The notes: a model not told the origin generated them from the sequence alone. Positions 19,509-30,199 are shown, numbered from the stretch's first letter. The stretch: 64,000 nucleotides of DNA from an uncultured Desulfosarcina sp. (GCA_963674945.2 CAXXWQ010000003.1:736001-800000), one strand, 5' to 3'. Numbers and translations are program-made.

Positions 19509-21506
19509 ATGGCCACGATCCGTATACTGATCATTGACGATGAAAAATCGATTCGAGACAGTTTCGGAGCCCACCTGGAAGATCATGGATATGAAATCCT
19601 CACCGCAGAGAATGGCCGGATGGGATTGGCAATGTTTGATTCGGAGCAGCCCGATCTGGTCATCGTCGACTTGCGCATGCCTGAAATCGACGGCATTCGA
19701 GTCTTGGAAACCATCAGCCGACAGTCTCCACAAACCCCACTGATCGTCGCATCGGGAACCGGTATCATCACGGATGCGGTACAAGCCTTGCACAGCGGTG
19801 CCTGGGACTACCTGCTCAAACCCATCGAAGATCTTTCCATACTCACCCATGCCGTGTCGGCGGCCTTGGAGAAAAGCCAGCTAAAAAAAGAGAACTTGGC
19901 CTATAAAGAACACCTGGAGTATCTGGTCGAGGAACGTACCAATGAGTTGGCAGAAGCAAACACCAACCTGAGACAGATTTCAGAAGCCCTTAGACAGAGC
20001 GAATCCCGTCTACAAAAAATTCTGGATACGGTCCCAACGGGAATCATCATCGTCGATGCCGATGAATTCGGGATTGTTTACATTAATCCGGCTGGCGCCA
20101 GGATCGTCGGCACCGATCCGGAGGCAATTGCCGGAAAGGCATTGTGCGATATTCTTTTTCAGTATCATAATGGGAATTTATCCATGATGAACGGCAGACT
20201 GACGGATCAATCCGAACGGCTTCTCCTTAACGTCGACGGCAGGGAGGTTCCGGTGTTGAAGACCACCACCCGGACGCAGCTGCAGGGCCGTCAATGCTAC
20301 GCGGTGAGCTTTATCGATCTCACCGACCAGATCAGCGCCGAGTTGGAAAAGGAGCATTTGGAAAGACAGTTGCGTCAAGCACAGAAAATGGAAGCATTGG
20401 GAACACTCGCCAGCGGGATCGCCCATGATTTTAACAATATTCTGAGCGCCGTGTTAGGGTATTCGGAATTGGGGCTGAAGGATATCAATGACACGCAGCA
20501 TCCACTCTATCCGAAATTGAAAGCCATCAACCATGCTGGACATCGGGCCAAAGACCTGGTGGAACAGATCCTGGCATTCAGTCGCATGCAGGAACAATTG
20601 TATCGATCGGTGAAGGTGTCTGCGATCGTAGAAGAGGTCCTCAAACTGCTGCAGTCCTCCTTGCCCGCCAACATCCAGGTCAAGGCGTCCATCGACACGG
20701 AAAAATCGGTATTGGGTGACCCCACACAAATCCATCAAATCATTATGAATCTGTGTACCAATGCCTTTCATTCCATGCAATCGTCGGGGGGGACGTTACA
20801 AATCACATTGAATGAGGTCACCGTCGATGAATCAGAGTCCGCCATTGCCATGCATCTGCCACCGGGCGAGTTTCTACGACTTGATGTATCGGATACGGGG
20901 ATGGGTATCAGTCCGACCATCATTGATCGAATCTTCGAGCCCTATTTTACGACCAAAGACAAGGACAAAGGCACCGGATTGGGGCTGGCTGTGGTACATG
21001 GGATCGTAAAACGAAACGGCGGTGAGATTTCCGTTGAGAGCCAACCCGGAAAGGGATCACGGTTTACCGTTTATCTTCCCGTGGCCGAGGACGAAATGGA
21101 AAAAATGGGTGACGATCACGTCATCTTGCCCCGGGGAACGCAACACGTGCTATTGGTGGACGACGAGAAGGATCTGGTGCAAATCGGAAAAGAGATGCTC
21201 GAACATCTGGGGTATCGGGTCACCGGTATTATCGGCAGCACGGTAGCCATGGAAGCATTTAAAGAGGATCCCTTTCGTTTCGACATTGTCGTTACCGACT
21301 ATAACATGCCGGGGTTGACGGGAGACCAACTGGCCAAACAGATGATGGCGATTCGCAAAGAAATTCCCATCATCGTATGTACCGGTTTTTCCGAGTTGTT
21401 TGGACAGAAAAGAGCCAAAGCAATGGGTATACGGCAAACGCTGATGAAACCACTGACAATGGAAGCCCTATCCGTCGCCGTTCACGATGCGCTACAGCCG
21501 GCATGA
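19509..21506 (+). CDS. cytoplasmic hybrid histidine kinase (REC-PAS-HisKA-HATPase-REC)
   Basis: N-terminal receiver, PAS, GIAHDFNN, NLCTNA, GTGLGL, C-terminal receiver; no TM segments. Confidence 0.93.
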   Translation: MATIRILIIDDEKSIRDSFGAHLEDHGYEILTAENGRMGLAMFDSEQPDLVIVDLRMPEIDGIRVLETISRQSPQTPLIVASGTGIITDAVQALHSGAWDYLLKPIEDLSILTHAVSAALEKSQLKKENLAYKEHLEYLVEERTNELAEANTNLRQISEALRQSESRLQKILDTVPTGIIIVDADEFGIVYINPAGARIVGTDPEAIAGKALCDILFQYHNGNLSMMNGRLTDQSERLLLNVDGREVPVLKTTTRTQLQGRQCYAVSFIDLTDQISAELEKEHLERQLRQAQKMEALGTLASGIAHDFNNILSAVLGYSELGLKDINDTQHPLYPKLKAINHAGHRAKDLVEQILAFSRMQEQLYRSVKVSAIVEEVLKLLQSSLPANIQVKASIDTEKSVLGDPTQIHQIIMNLCTNAFHSMQSSGGTLQITLNEVTVDESESAIAMHLPPGEFLRLDVSDTGMGISPTIIDRIFEPYFTTKDKDKGTGLGLAVVHGIVKRNGGEISVESQPGKGSRFTVYLPVAEDEMEKMGDDHVILPRGTQHVLLVDDEKDLVQIGKEMLEHLGYRVTGIIGSTVAMEAFKEDPFRFDIVVTDYNMPGLTGDQLAKQMMAIRKEIPIIVCTGFSELFGQKRAKAMGIRQTLMKPLTMEALSVAVHDALQPA

Positions 21507-21518
21507 TCCAATCTCTTA

Positions 21519-21690
21519 TAATGTCTATCCAGAAATAGAAAAATTTGGTCGAGATCAAGGCGCGCGAAAAATTTTACCACAGGTGCCCCGAAGGAAATGC
21601 CCTTGGGGCGCATATAGTTGATATTCCGAGGATAAAATTTTTCGTGCAACACGGATATCGGGCAAATTGGCCATTTCTGGATGGGCACTA
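21519..21690. repeat. palindromic intergenic repeat (MITE/ERIC-like), subfamily A copy 1
   Basis: TA-bounded imperfect 20-bp TIRs (taatgtctatccagaaatag / ccatttctggatgggcacta); inner stem gcgcgaaaaatttta / taaaatttttcgtgc; near-identical copy at 49675-49831. Confidence 0.9.
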
Positions 21691-21691
21691 T

Positions 21692-23521
21692 CTATGCGGA
21701 CGTCGGAATATTCCGCCGCGACTTCATCTCGTCCACCTGCTGATTGTAGAAGGAAATCACCTCTCTGCGGTTCAACATTCCCAGCAAAATGCCGTGGTCA
21801 TCGTCTCGAACGACCGGCAGACTGTCGATGTTTCGCGTGGTGAATTTTTTGAGGACGGAATTGAGATCTTCTTCAGGGGTCGTGAGAATGATTTCGGAGG
21901 TTCCCACATCCTTCATGACCACGAGTTGTTCAATTTCAGGAGAGAACAATACGCCACGAATGTCGTTGATGGAAAAGATCCCCACAAACCGCTTTTCATC
22001 ATCCATGACGGGAAAGTAATGCTGTTTGGTTTCGGAAAAATAGCGTTTGAATTCGAGAAATGGCATATCCTGGGGTATGGGGGTGACCTTTTTCACCAGC
22101 GGCATGAGATCTTCTACTCGGATGGCCTGGAGGATATCGACGAAGAAATCGCCGGCATGGGCGGGGGAATCCACCTTGCTCTTCACCTGCAGGTTGTAAA
22201 TGGTCCAACGTCGGGAAGCCATGAAGGCGACCGAGCAGACCAAGAGGCTGGGCAAGAGCAGATGGTAGGAGTTGGTCATCTCGCTGACGAAGATAATGGT
22301 GGAAATCGGGGTGTTGGAGACCGCGGTGAAAAAACCGGCCATGCCAACGACGACGAAGGCGCCGGGTTGGGTCACGACCGACGGCATGATCGCATGGAAA
22401 AACTGCCCCACCACGCCGCCCATGGCCCCACCAATGACGATGGAGGGGCCGAAGACGCCGCCACTGCCGCCGGAGCCAATGGAAAACGAGGTGGTCAGAA
22501 TTTTCCCGATAGCCAAAGAGAGCAGAAAAGGGATGGCCAGTTCATTGTTGATGGCCATCTGGGCGAAGCCATAGCCGAAAGCAAGGGTGTGGGGCAAAAA
22601 AAAGCCGACGATACCGGTCATCAGACCGCCGATGGCGGGTTTGATATGATTGGGAATCTTTCGCAAGGATCCGAAAATGTGAACGGTTCCGTAAAAGGCT
22701 TTTATGTAGAAGACGCCGGTTCCCACGAGTACCAGGGCCAATACCAGGTAGGGACCCAATTCCAAGGGGTTCTGAAAATTAAATGGCGGAGAGTTAAAAA
22801 GCGATCCCCAGCCGAAAACGAGACAAAAGGTGCAATATGCCACCACCGATGAGATACCAGCCGGTATGATCACTTCGGATTCGAACTCGGGATCACGATA
22901 GAGCACTTCAGCGGCGAAGAGTGCGCCGGCGAGGGGAGCACGAAAGATACTGCCCACGCCGGCACCGATGCCCGCCGCCATCATGATCCGACGTTCACGA
23001 TCGGAGAGTTTCAAGGTGCTGGCCAGAAAGGAACCAAAACCGGCGCCGATCTGCGCGATGGGTCCCTCTCTCCCCCCCGAACCACCGGTGGTCAGGGTAA
23101 TGGCCGAGGCGATGGTCTTGACAATGGGAACCCTGCCGCGGATGAACCCCCCTTTGTGGTGAAAGGCATTGATTGCCGCATCGGTTCCATGCCCCTCCGC
23201 CTCAGGTGCGAAGGTGTACACGATCCAGCCGCTGAAAATACCCCCCATCGCCGGCAAGAGCAACAATACCCACCGATTGAATACTGTGGATGTGGGCGGC
23301 AGCAGATGGTGTTCACCGGCCGGAGGCGGGGGGCGGTACCCGGCGGCCATGTCGAGAAAAAAGTGAACACCCAATTGACAAAGGTAATGAAAGAGAACGG
23401 AACCTAATCCTGCAATGAGACCGATGGCGATGAAATAAAAGGACCACCGGGTTGCCTGGGCCACATTCAAGTCCTTATGGAGACGGGCAAGTCTCTTTTG
23501 CTTTGTTTCATTCTGCGGCAT
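21692..23521 (-). CDS. CLC chloride channel/antiporter with C-terminal CBS domains
   Basis: GHGTD, GSGGREGP (gating Glu), GGVFGP motifs; two CBS repeats. Confidence 0.92.
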   Translation of the reverse strand: MPQNETKQKRLARLHKDLNVAQATRWSFYFIAIGLIAGLGSVLFHYLCQLGVHFFLDMAAGYRPPPPAGEHHLLPPTSTVFNRWVLLLLPAMGGIFSGWIVYTFAPEAEGHGTDAAINAFHHKGGFIRGRVPIVKTIASAITLTTGGSGGREGPIAQIGAGFGSFLASTLKLSDRERRIMMAAGIGAGVGSIFRAPLAGALFAAEVLYRDPEFESEVIIPAGISSVVAYCTFCLVFGWGSLFNSPPFNFQNPLELGPYLVLALVLVGTGVFYIKAFYGTVHIFGSLRKIPNHIKPAIGGLMTGIVGFFLPHTLAFGYGFAQMAINNELAIPFLLSLAIGKILTTSFSIGSGGSGGVFGPSIVIGGAMGGVVGQFFHAIMPSVVTQPGAFVVVGMAGFFTAVSNTPISTIIFVSEMTNSYHLLLPSLLVCSVAFMASRRWTIYNLQVKSKVDSPAHAGDFFVDILQAIRVEDLMPLVKKVTPIPQDMPFLEFKRYFSETKQHYFPVMDDEKRFVGIFSINDIRGVLFSPEIEQLVVMKDVGTSEIILTTPEEDLNSVLKKFTTRNIDSLPVVRDDDHGILLGMLNRREVISFYNQQVDEMKSRRNIPTSA

Positions 23522-23524
23522 CTT

Positions 23525-24841
23525 CTATTGCACTTTTTCCAGGTCTTTCACTCCTTGAAAGATGGTGTCAAAAAGTTGTTCCACATCCTTTTCATCCATA
23601 CAGGAAAAGGCGATGCGAAGATTCGATTCTCCCAATGAGATCAAGCCAACACCGTAACGATTCAACAAATGGACCCGAAGCTCTTCGGCATCTACGGTTT
23701 TTAGACGAATACACATGAAATAGCCGGAGTTGAACGGATAGACCGTCCACGCATCGGCATACTTCGCATCATGGGAGACGGCCTTTACCCGTTCGGCCCT
23801 CGCTTTGAGGATGGTAAACTTCTGCTCTTTTTCCGTTAGGTGCGTGGGACTCTCCAAGGCACGCAACAAAAGAGTCTGACTCAAATGGGAGGCGTTGGAG
23901 ATGGTGCCGCGGATGCATCCGGCAGTCTTTCTCTCCAGCGCATCGTAAATGGACATGGCATCACCATCAAAGGACCCACCGTACGTAATGAATCCGAGCC
24001 GCAGCCCCCAGACGAACTCTTCTTTGGTGGCACCATCCAGTTTGATGGCCAGGATTCCGGGATGTGCGCCACATAAACGGGCAAAGATCGACTCTTTCAT
24101 GGTCTCGGATTCATAAAACAGCCCGAAGTAGGCATCATCGGCAATGGCCAGAACATAGGTACCCGAGGCGGCGACATCGGTAAGGATTTTGACGATGCCG
24201 TCCGCTTCTCCTTCGGTGATGGTGTAGCCGGATGGATTCTGCGGGAAATTAAGCAGCACGGTGATCTTGCGATGCTCTGAAGCCTCCTGTTTGACCGCCT
24301 GGGCAAAGGCGGCAAGATTGAACCGGCCATCATCCGTGAACAACTCATAATGCCGTATATTGGCATCCTTGCGAAGGGAAAAGATCATATTGTAGTTGCC
24401 CCACATCATGCTGGGCATGATGATCACGTCGCCCGGACGCGTCCAGACGTCTGCCACGGTTGCGATACCATGGGTAATACCGCAAGTGACCACCGGAAGG
24501 CTGATCGCCTTGCCGGCCAAAGAAGGATTTTTTCCCTGAATCTCGGCCTGCCATTTTTTTCGAAGGGCAAGCACGCCGAAAGAGGGAGCGTAGGTCAAAG
24601 ACTCGTTGGGCGCAATGGCATTGATGCCGGCCATCACGCTGTCCAGATACATGGTGTTTTTGCCTTCTGTGGCGATGCCGATGGTTGCGTTGATGGCATG
24701 GGCCTTCTCTTTTGCTTCCGCGCCCTGGCTCAAGATGCCTTTGGGAAAAAAGAGTTTCTTCCCCACATCGGAAAGCATGTCGTAAACATGGGGTGCCTGT
24801 GCCTTGATCGTTTGATTGAGTTGTTCGGCCAATACGTTCAT
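23525..24841 (-). CDS. PLP-dependent aminotransferase class I/II
   Basis: NFPQNPSG, DDAYFG, DGATKE..WGLRLG. Confidence 0.88.
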   Translation of the reverse strand: MNVLAEQLNQTIKAQAPHVYDMLSDVGKKLFFPKGILSQGAEAKEKAHAINATIGIATEGKNTMYLDSVMAGINAIAPNESLTYAPSFGVLALRKKWQAEIQGKNPSLAGKAISLPVVTCGITHGIATVADVWTRPGDVIIMPSMMWGNYNMIFSLRKDANIRHYELFTDDGRFNLAAFAQAVKQEASEHRKITVLLNFPQNPSGYTITEGEADGIVKILTDVAASGTYVLAIADDAYFGLFYESETMKESIFARLCGAHPGILAIKLDGATKEEFVWGLRLGFITYGGSFDGDAMSIYDALERKTAGCIRGTISNASHLSQTLLLRALESPTHLTEKEQKFTILKARAERVKAVSHDAKYADAWTVYPFNSGYFMCIRLKTVDAEELRVHLLNRYGVGLISLGESNLRIAFSCMDEKDVEQLFDTIFQGVKDLEKVQ

Positions 24842-25119
24842 GATCGTTTATCCTAAACATGATGCGCCGGTCGCCGCCCGGCAATCGGTTGGGGTTTTCC
24901 CTTGTTCGCGCCCCATCGCAATAACGACGATAGCGGTCGGAACGGGTACATGGAATAAGGTCAAATGGAACAGCACCCTTTCATATTCGGTGCTCGGGCA
25001 AGTAAAACTAACTACTTCTTGAAAAGAAAAAAAGTCAAGGATAAAGCACTTGAAAACAAGAGGATGGAATCCATCCCGATTTCATTCCCCCTAAATTTGT
25101 CAGAAGAAGCCGCAAATGG

Positions 25120-25154
25120 AAAAAACCCCGCCGCATGATTGGGCGGCGGGGTTT
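25120..25154 (-). terminator. rho-independent terminator of the PxxKW gene
   Basis: AAACCCCGCCGC/GCGGCGGGGTTT stem with a T-tract on the minus strand. Confidence 0.85.
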
Positions 25155-25185
25155 CCAAAAAAGGGGAAGACAGTAACAGGGCGGA

Positions 25186-25464
25186 CTACTTCCTGGAACG
25201 TTTGGAAGCCTTGAGTGGATTGATTTTCTGGTTCTTTTCAGCCATGCTGGAACTGACGTGGGTGGCGAGATTGCAGTTGCCGTTTTTCCACTTTGAGGTG
25301 GGCTCAGGACATGCGGTACAATACCAGCCGGACGAAATCTCGATGGTCCGATCGCATCCTTTGCACTGTTCCACGATTTCATAGCATACACCGCCATTGT
25401 ATCCGCAGCCATTGGCTGTCATAAAGGCACACTCCATGCCTTCGCGAACCGTTGTACATTTCAT
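25186..25464 (-). CDS. PxxKW family cysteine-rich protein
   Basis: MKCTTVREGMECAFM..C..CKGC..C..CPEPTSKW..GNCNLATH..KINPLKASKR; SD GGGAGGT. Confidence 0.85.
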   Translation of the reverse strand: MKCTTVREGMECAFMTANGCGYNGGVCYEIVEQCKGCDRTIEISSGWYCTACPEPTSKWKNGNCNLATHVSSSMAEKNQKINPLKASKRSRK

Positions 25465-25553
25465 GAATAATACCTCCCGATAGTTGATCTGGACACGCGA
25501 CAAAGGAAAAGGCCAAAGCATGAAGTCTCTTCGGCCTTTTCTAAAACCGACTA

Positions 25554-25582
25554 AAAATATAAGTCACTATGTGGAATGTCAA
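25554..25582 (-). promoter_or_regulatory. sigma70-type promoter of the PxxKW gene
   Basis: TTGACA-N17-TATTTT on the minus strand. Confidence 0.55.
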
Positions 25583-25590
25583 GAACTTTT

Positions 25591-26412
25591 TTACGCTGTC
25601 GTCTCTCCATGGGAATATACATGCACATCCCGCTGGGGATAGGGGATGGATACACCATTGGCATCGAAGGCCTTCTTGATCTTTTCCGTCAGATCGAAAT
25701 AGACCCCCCAATAATCTGAAACCTTCACCCAGGGCCGAACCACGAAGTTCACACTGCTGTCGGCCAGTTCGGAAACCGATATCTGCGGCTCCGGGTCCGC
25801 AAAAATCCGGTCATCCGCCGCGATGATCTCAGCCATCAGGGAGCGAGCCTTGTCGATGTCGTCTTCATACCCGATGCCAAATACCATGTCCACGCGGCGG
25901 GTGCCCTTCACCGTCCAGTTTACGATATTATCTTCGGTAAGTTTGGCATTGGGAACGATGACCGTCTTGTTATCGGCGGTCTTCAATTGCGTGGTGAAGA
26001 TCTGGACCGCTTCGACGACGCCGAACACACCTGCTCCTTCGATCAGATCGCCCACCTTGAAAGGCCTGAAGATAATCAGCAGAAAACCGGCGGCAAAGTT
26101 GGACAAAGACCCTTGCAGTGCAAGGCCGACGGCCAGACCGGCGGCACCGAGAATGGCAATGAAGCTGGTCGTCTGAATACCCAACTGCCCCAGGGCGGCG
26201 ACGACGATGAATGCCAGCAGGGCGATGTATACCATGCTGGTGGTGAAGTTGATCAGCGTTGGATCGACCTCGCCTCGGGTCATGACCCGGTCCACCAGTT
26301 TTCGTATGAGCTTGGCCACCCAACGTCCAATGACAAAGATCGCCAGAGCCGCGATCACTTTCAATCCGTATACGGTCAGCAGTTGATAAACCTTGTTTAG
26401 AATCTCCTCCAT
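25591..26412 (-). CDS. mscS: small-conductance mechanosensitive channel
   Basis: GAAGLAVGLALQGSLSNFAAG, RPFKVGD, IPYPQRDVH (alternative start 26421). Confidence 0.93.
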   Translation of the reverse strand: MEEILNKVYQLLTVYGLKVIAALAIFVIGRWVAKLIRKLVDRVMTRGEVDPTLINFTTSMVYIALLAFIVVAALGQLGIQTTSFIAILGAAGLAVGLALQGSLSNFAAGFLLIIFRPFKVGDLIEGAGVFGVVEAVQIFTTQLKTADNKTVIVPNAKLTEDNIVNWTVKGTRRVDMVFGIGYEDDIDKARSLMAEIIAADDRIFADPEPQISVSELADSSVNFVVRPWVKVSDYWGVYFDLTEKIKKAFDANGVSIPYPQRDVHVYSHGETTA

Positions 26413-26478
26413 TCGATCCATCCTTTCATGATTTGTTCACGATAAAAGTTCCAATGAAGCCGCTAAAAAAGGTCAGGT

Positions 26479-29400
26479 TCAATTCCGGGCATAATACCCA
26501 CCATTACCGCTTTTCGAACGTTTTCCCATATTGCTGTTACGCATGGCACCGGCGGCATCGATGCAGCGGGTCTGAACGGCATCGTATCCGAAAATGGAAT
26601 TCACCTCCCGGATCATGGCGTCGCAGTACTGGATGCAAAAATCCTCTGCCATGGCCACAACGGCTTCGGCCTGCGCTCCGAGACAGACGTGTACGAAACC
26701 CTTGCAGGGGCCCGGATAACGCTTTAGTGTCTGGTGGACCCGTGTCAGCGTCTCCCGATCGGTAATCTCTGGATTCACCATGAGCCGGATCTCCACGGTC
26801 CAGGTCTCCTCCGCCTTTTCCATGGGGATGATGGCATCGGCGAGAATCTTGACACCCTTCTCCTCCACCTGGGCCTGGCCCTGCACCAATATCGCCGTGT
26901 CCGATGTCATTAGGTCCGCACACTCTTTGTATACGGATGGAAAGACCACGACTTCCACGCTGCCGTGGATGTCTTCCACCGTGATGAAACCCATGGGTTC
27001 GTCGTTTCGAGTACGGATCACCTTCGAACTGCTGATGAAGCCGCCGATGCGCACGGGGGCTTTATCGTCTGCCTCCCGAATGCGGATTGTGTCCACATTG
27101 GTGAATTTTTTCAGAATCGACCGATAGCGGTCCAACGGATGTCCGGTGACATAAAAGCCCAGGGTCTCTTTCTCCTGCGCCAGCTTTTCCCGGTCGTCCC
27201 ACTCGTCGATGGTGGGGACGGCAGGCAGGTTGATGACCGCATCAATGTTGTCGCCCACGTCGAAAAGACTCATCTGGGCGCTGTTTTTCTCACGCTGAAA
27301 TCGCTGGCCATGATCCAGGGCATCCTCTAACACCGCCATCAGACGGGAGCGATAAACACCCGTTGAATCCAGAGCGCCGCAACGGATCAGACTCTCCAAT
27401 ACCCGTTTGTTGACCTTGGTCAGGTCCACCCGCTGGCAGAAGTCGAAAATGGAGATGAATTCACCATTTTCCTCCCGCTCTTTGATGATCAGTTCGACGG
27501 CGGCCTCTCCCACGTTTTTAACGGCAGCCAGGCCGAAGCGGATGCGACCGTCCACGGCGGTAAAAACCGTGCTGCTCTCGTTGATGTCGGGTGAGAGGAC
27601 TTCAATGCCGTGGCCACGGCACTCGTTGATGAACTTCACCACACCGTCGATCGTGTCGATCTCGCTGTTGAGCAAAGCGGACATGAATTCCACGGGGAAA
27701 TGGGCCTTGAGGTAGGCCGTCTGATAAGCGATGAGGGCGTATGCGGCACTGTGGGATTTGTTGAAGCCGTATCCGCCGAACTTCTCGATGAGATCGAACA
27801 GTTCGGTGGCCAAAGACTCGTCGACGCCGTTTGCCACAGAGCCGCTGATGAATTTTTCCCTGTGCTTTGCCATGAGTGCTTCGATCTTCTTGCCGATGGC
27901 CTTTCGCAGGCTGTCCGCATCGGCCATGGTATATCCGGCGAGTACGCCGGCCACCTGCATGACCTGCTCCTGATAGACCATTACCCCGTAAGTCTCTTTC
28001 AGGATCGGTTCCAGGCTGTCGACCGGGTAGACCACCTTTTTGCGGCCGTGTTTGCGGTCAACAAAATCATCCACCATTCCGCTGTCCAGCGGTCCCGGAC
28101 GATACAGGGCCACCAGCGCGGTGAGGTCTTCGAAAGACTCCGGCCGAAGTCGTATCAACAGGTTCTTCATACCGCTGGATTCAAGCTGGAACACGCCGGT
28201 GGTATCCCCGGACTGAAGCAGGGCAAAGGTCTTTTCATCGTCGAAGGGAAGGTTGGTTAAATCGGGAACATCTTTTCCCTGGGCGGCAATGCTCTTTAGT
28301 GCATGGTCGATGACCGTAAGGTTGCGTAGCCCGAGAAAATCAAATTTCACCAGGCCGATATCCTCGACCTTTTTCATGTCGAATTGGGTGACGACCTCCC
28401 CTTTTTTCCCGCGGTACAGGGGAAGATACTCCACAAGGGGCTTGTCGCCGATCACCACACCGGCCGCATGGGTGGAGGCGTGGCGGGAGAGACCCTCCAG
28501 GGATCGGCTGATTTCGAACAACTCGGCGATTCGCGGATCCGCCTCGACCATCTTGGCCAGTTGTGGCTCCTCTTTGAGCGCCTTGTCGATGGTGATTTTC
28601 AAATTGTCGGGAATCAGCTTCGCGATGGCATCCACCTCGGCCAGGGGAAGGCCCAGGGCTCTTCCCACATCCCGTATCACCAGTTTGGCCTTCATCTTGC
28701 CGAAGGTGATAATCTGGGCCACGAAATCGCCGCCACCGTATCGGTCCACCACGTAGTTGTATACCTTTTCCCGGCCGTGGATACAAAAATCCACGTCGAT
28801 ATCGGGCATGCTGATGCGCGACGGGTTCAGGAATCGTTCGAAGATGAGGCCGTGTTCGATGGGGTCCAGTTCGGTGATGAACAGGGAAAAGGAGACCAGG
28901 CTGCCGGCGGCCGATCCACGACCGGGGCCTACGGGAATGCTGTTCTGCTTCGCGTAGCGAATGAAGTCGGCGACGATGAGAAAATAGCCGGGGAATCCCA
29001 TGTCGATAATGGTTTTGATCTCGTAGTCCAGACGCCTGAGATATACCGATTCGTCCAGATCCGCATTCTTTTCGCGAATCACCGCCATGCGACGCCGGTA
29101 TCCTTCCCGCACCTGCTCTTCGAACAGCTGATCGGCGGTTTTTCCCGAGTCGGCGTCGAATTGAGGGAAGTGATAGGTCTTGAAATCAAACTCGATCTCG
29201 CACCGATCGGCGATGGCCACCGTGTTGTCGATGGCGCCGGGATAGTCGGCGAAATAGCCGGTCATCTCCTCGGGGGACTTGAAGTAAAGCTGATCGGAAT
29301 CGAAAACGAACCGATCTTTGTCTGCCATGGTCTTTTGGGTCTGGACGCAAAGCAGGACCTCGTGGGCCTTGGCATCCTGGCGATTCAGATAGTGGCAGTC

Positions 29401-30027
29401 GTTGGTGGCCACCAATGGAATCGAAAGCTTCTCGCTCAGTTCCACAAGGCCCTGGTTGATCTTCTCCTGGATCTGCAATCCGTTGTTTTGCAGTTCCAAA
29501 AAGAAATTGCCCTCGCCGAAAGTCTTCAGATAGAAAATAGCCGCCTCTTCGGCCTTGTCCATTCGATTGGCAAGAATGTATTGAGGAATATCCCCCTTGA
29601 TGCAGGCGGATAATGCGATGACCCCTTCGGCGTGCTCGGCCAGTACGGCTTTGTCGATGCGAGGTTTGTAGTAGTATCCTTGAAGTTGGGCAATCGTCGC
29701 CATTTTGCACAGGTTACGATACCCCTGCTGGTTCTCGGCCAAAAGCACCATATGCCGGGTGCCGTCCCGGTCCAACGGCGTCTTGTCGGCGATGGTCCGC
29801 GGGGCGACATAGCATTCGCACCCCACCACGGGTTTGATACCGGCGGAAGTGGCCTGCTGGTAAAAATCCAATGCACCGAACATTGTGCCGTGATCGGTCA
29901 GGGCCACTGCCGGCATGGAAAATTCCTTGGCCCTTGCAAACAGATCCTTGAGGCGAATGGCACCGTCCAGCAAACTATACTGGGTGTGGACGTGCAGGTG
30001 AACAAAATTTCGGCTATTTTCTGACAT
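26479..30027 (-). CDS. dnaE: DNA polymerase III alpha subunit
   Basis: PHP HLHVHTQYSLLDGA, GPGRGSAAGS, MPDIDVDF, YGFNKSH; OB fold; no intein seen. Confidence 0.97.
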   Translation of the reverse strand: MSENSRNFVHLHVHTQYSLLDGAIRLKDLFARAKEFSMPAVALTDHGTMFGALDFYQQATSAGIKPVVGCECYVAPRTIADKTPLDRDGTRHMVLLAENQQGYRNLCKMATIAQLQGYYYKPRIDKAVLAEHAEGVIALSACIKGDIPQYILANRMDKAEEAAIFYLKTFGEGNFFLELQNNGLQIQEKINQGLVELSEKLSIPLVATNDCHYLNRQDAKAHEVLLCVQTQKTMADKDRFVFDSDQLYFKSPEEMTGYFADYPGAIDNTVAIADRCEIEFDFKTYHFPQFDADSGKTADQLFEEQVREGYRRRMAVIREKNADLDESVYLRRLDYEIKTIIDMGFPGYFLIVADFIRYAKQNSIPVGPGRGSAAGSLVSFSLFITELDPIEHGLIFERFLNPSRISMPDIDVDFCIHGREKVYNYVVDRYGGGDFVAQIITFGKMKAKLVIRDVGRALGLPLAEVDAIAKLIPDNLKITIDKALKEEPQLAKMVEADPRIAELFEISRSLEGLSRHASTHAAGVVIGDKPLVEYLPLYRGKKGEVVTQFDMKKVEDIGLVKFDFLGLRNLTVIDHALKSIAAQGKDVPDLTNLPFDDEKTFALLQSGDTTGVFQLESSGMKNLLIRLRPESFEDLTALVALYRPGPLDSGMVDDFVDRKHGRKKVVYPVDSLEPILKETYGVMVYQEQVMQVAGVLAGYTMADADSLRKAIGKKIEALMAKHREKFISGSVANGVDESLATELFDLIEKFGGYGFNKSHSAAYALIAYQTAYLKAHFPVEFMSALLNSEIDTIDGVVKFINECRGHGIEVLSPDINESSTVFTAVDGRIRFGLAAVKNVGEAAVELIIKEREENGEFISIFDFCQRVDLTKVNKRVLESLIRCGALDSTGVYRSRLMAVLEDALDHGQRFQREKNSAQMSLFDVGDNIDAVINLPAVPTIDEWDDREKLAQEKETLGFYVTGHPLDRYRSILKKFTNVDTIRIREADDKAPVRIGGFISSSKVIRTRNDEPMGFITVEDIHGSVEVVVFPSVYKECADLMTSDTAILVQGQAQVEEKGVKILADAIIPMEKAEETWTVEIRLMVNPEITDRETLTRVHQTLKRYPGPCKGFVHVCLGAQAEAVVAMAEDFCIQYCDAMIREVNSIFGYDAVQTRCIDAAGAMRNSNMGKRSKSGNGGYYARN

Positions 30028-30057
30028 TTTCTCCCATTGGTGTCGCTTCAGTTGTCA

Positions 30058-30187
30058 TATGGAAATGGTGGATTTGGGTTCAGGCCAAGGACGCAGTGAC
30101 GATGAAACCACAGTCGTAGCCGTACTACGTCGAGGATTTCATCGGAGCGAGAACGCCGGCCTGGGCAAAAAAGACGCCGTTTCCATA
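30058..30187. repeat. palindromic intergenic element (ERIC-like), subfamily B
   Basis: TA-bounded TIRs tatggaaatggtg / cgccgtttccata; stems caggcc/ggcctg and gatgaaa/tttcatc; AAGG..AACGC motif shared with the other copies. Confidence 0.75.
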
Positions 30188-30199
30188 TGGGAACATGGA

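Noticed and set aside
21545..22852. 435-aa plus-strand ORF
   Set aside because: Antisense to the CLC gene and begins within repeat A1.
28384..29613. 409-aa plus-strand ORF (also 49977-51356, 54472-55605, 32511-33446)
   Set aside because: Antisense shadows of dnaE, alaS, DUF39 and sppA, as expected from codon bias in GC-rich genes.
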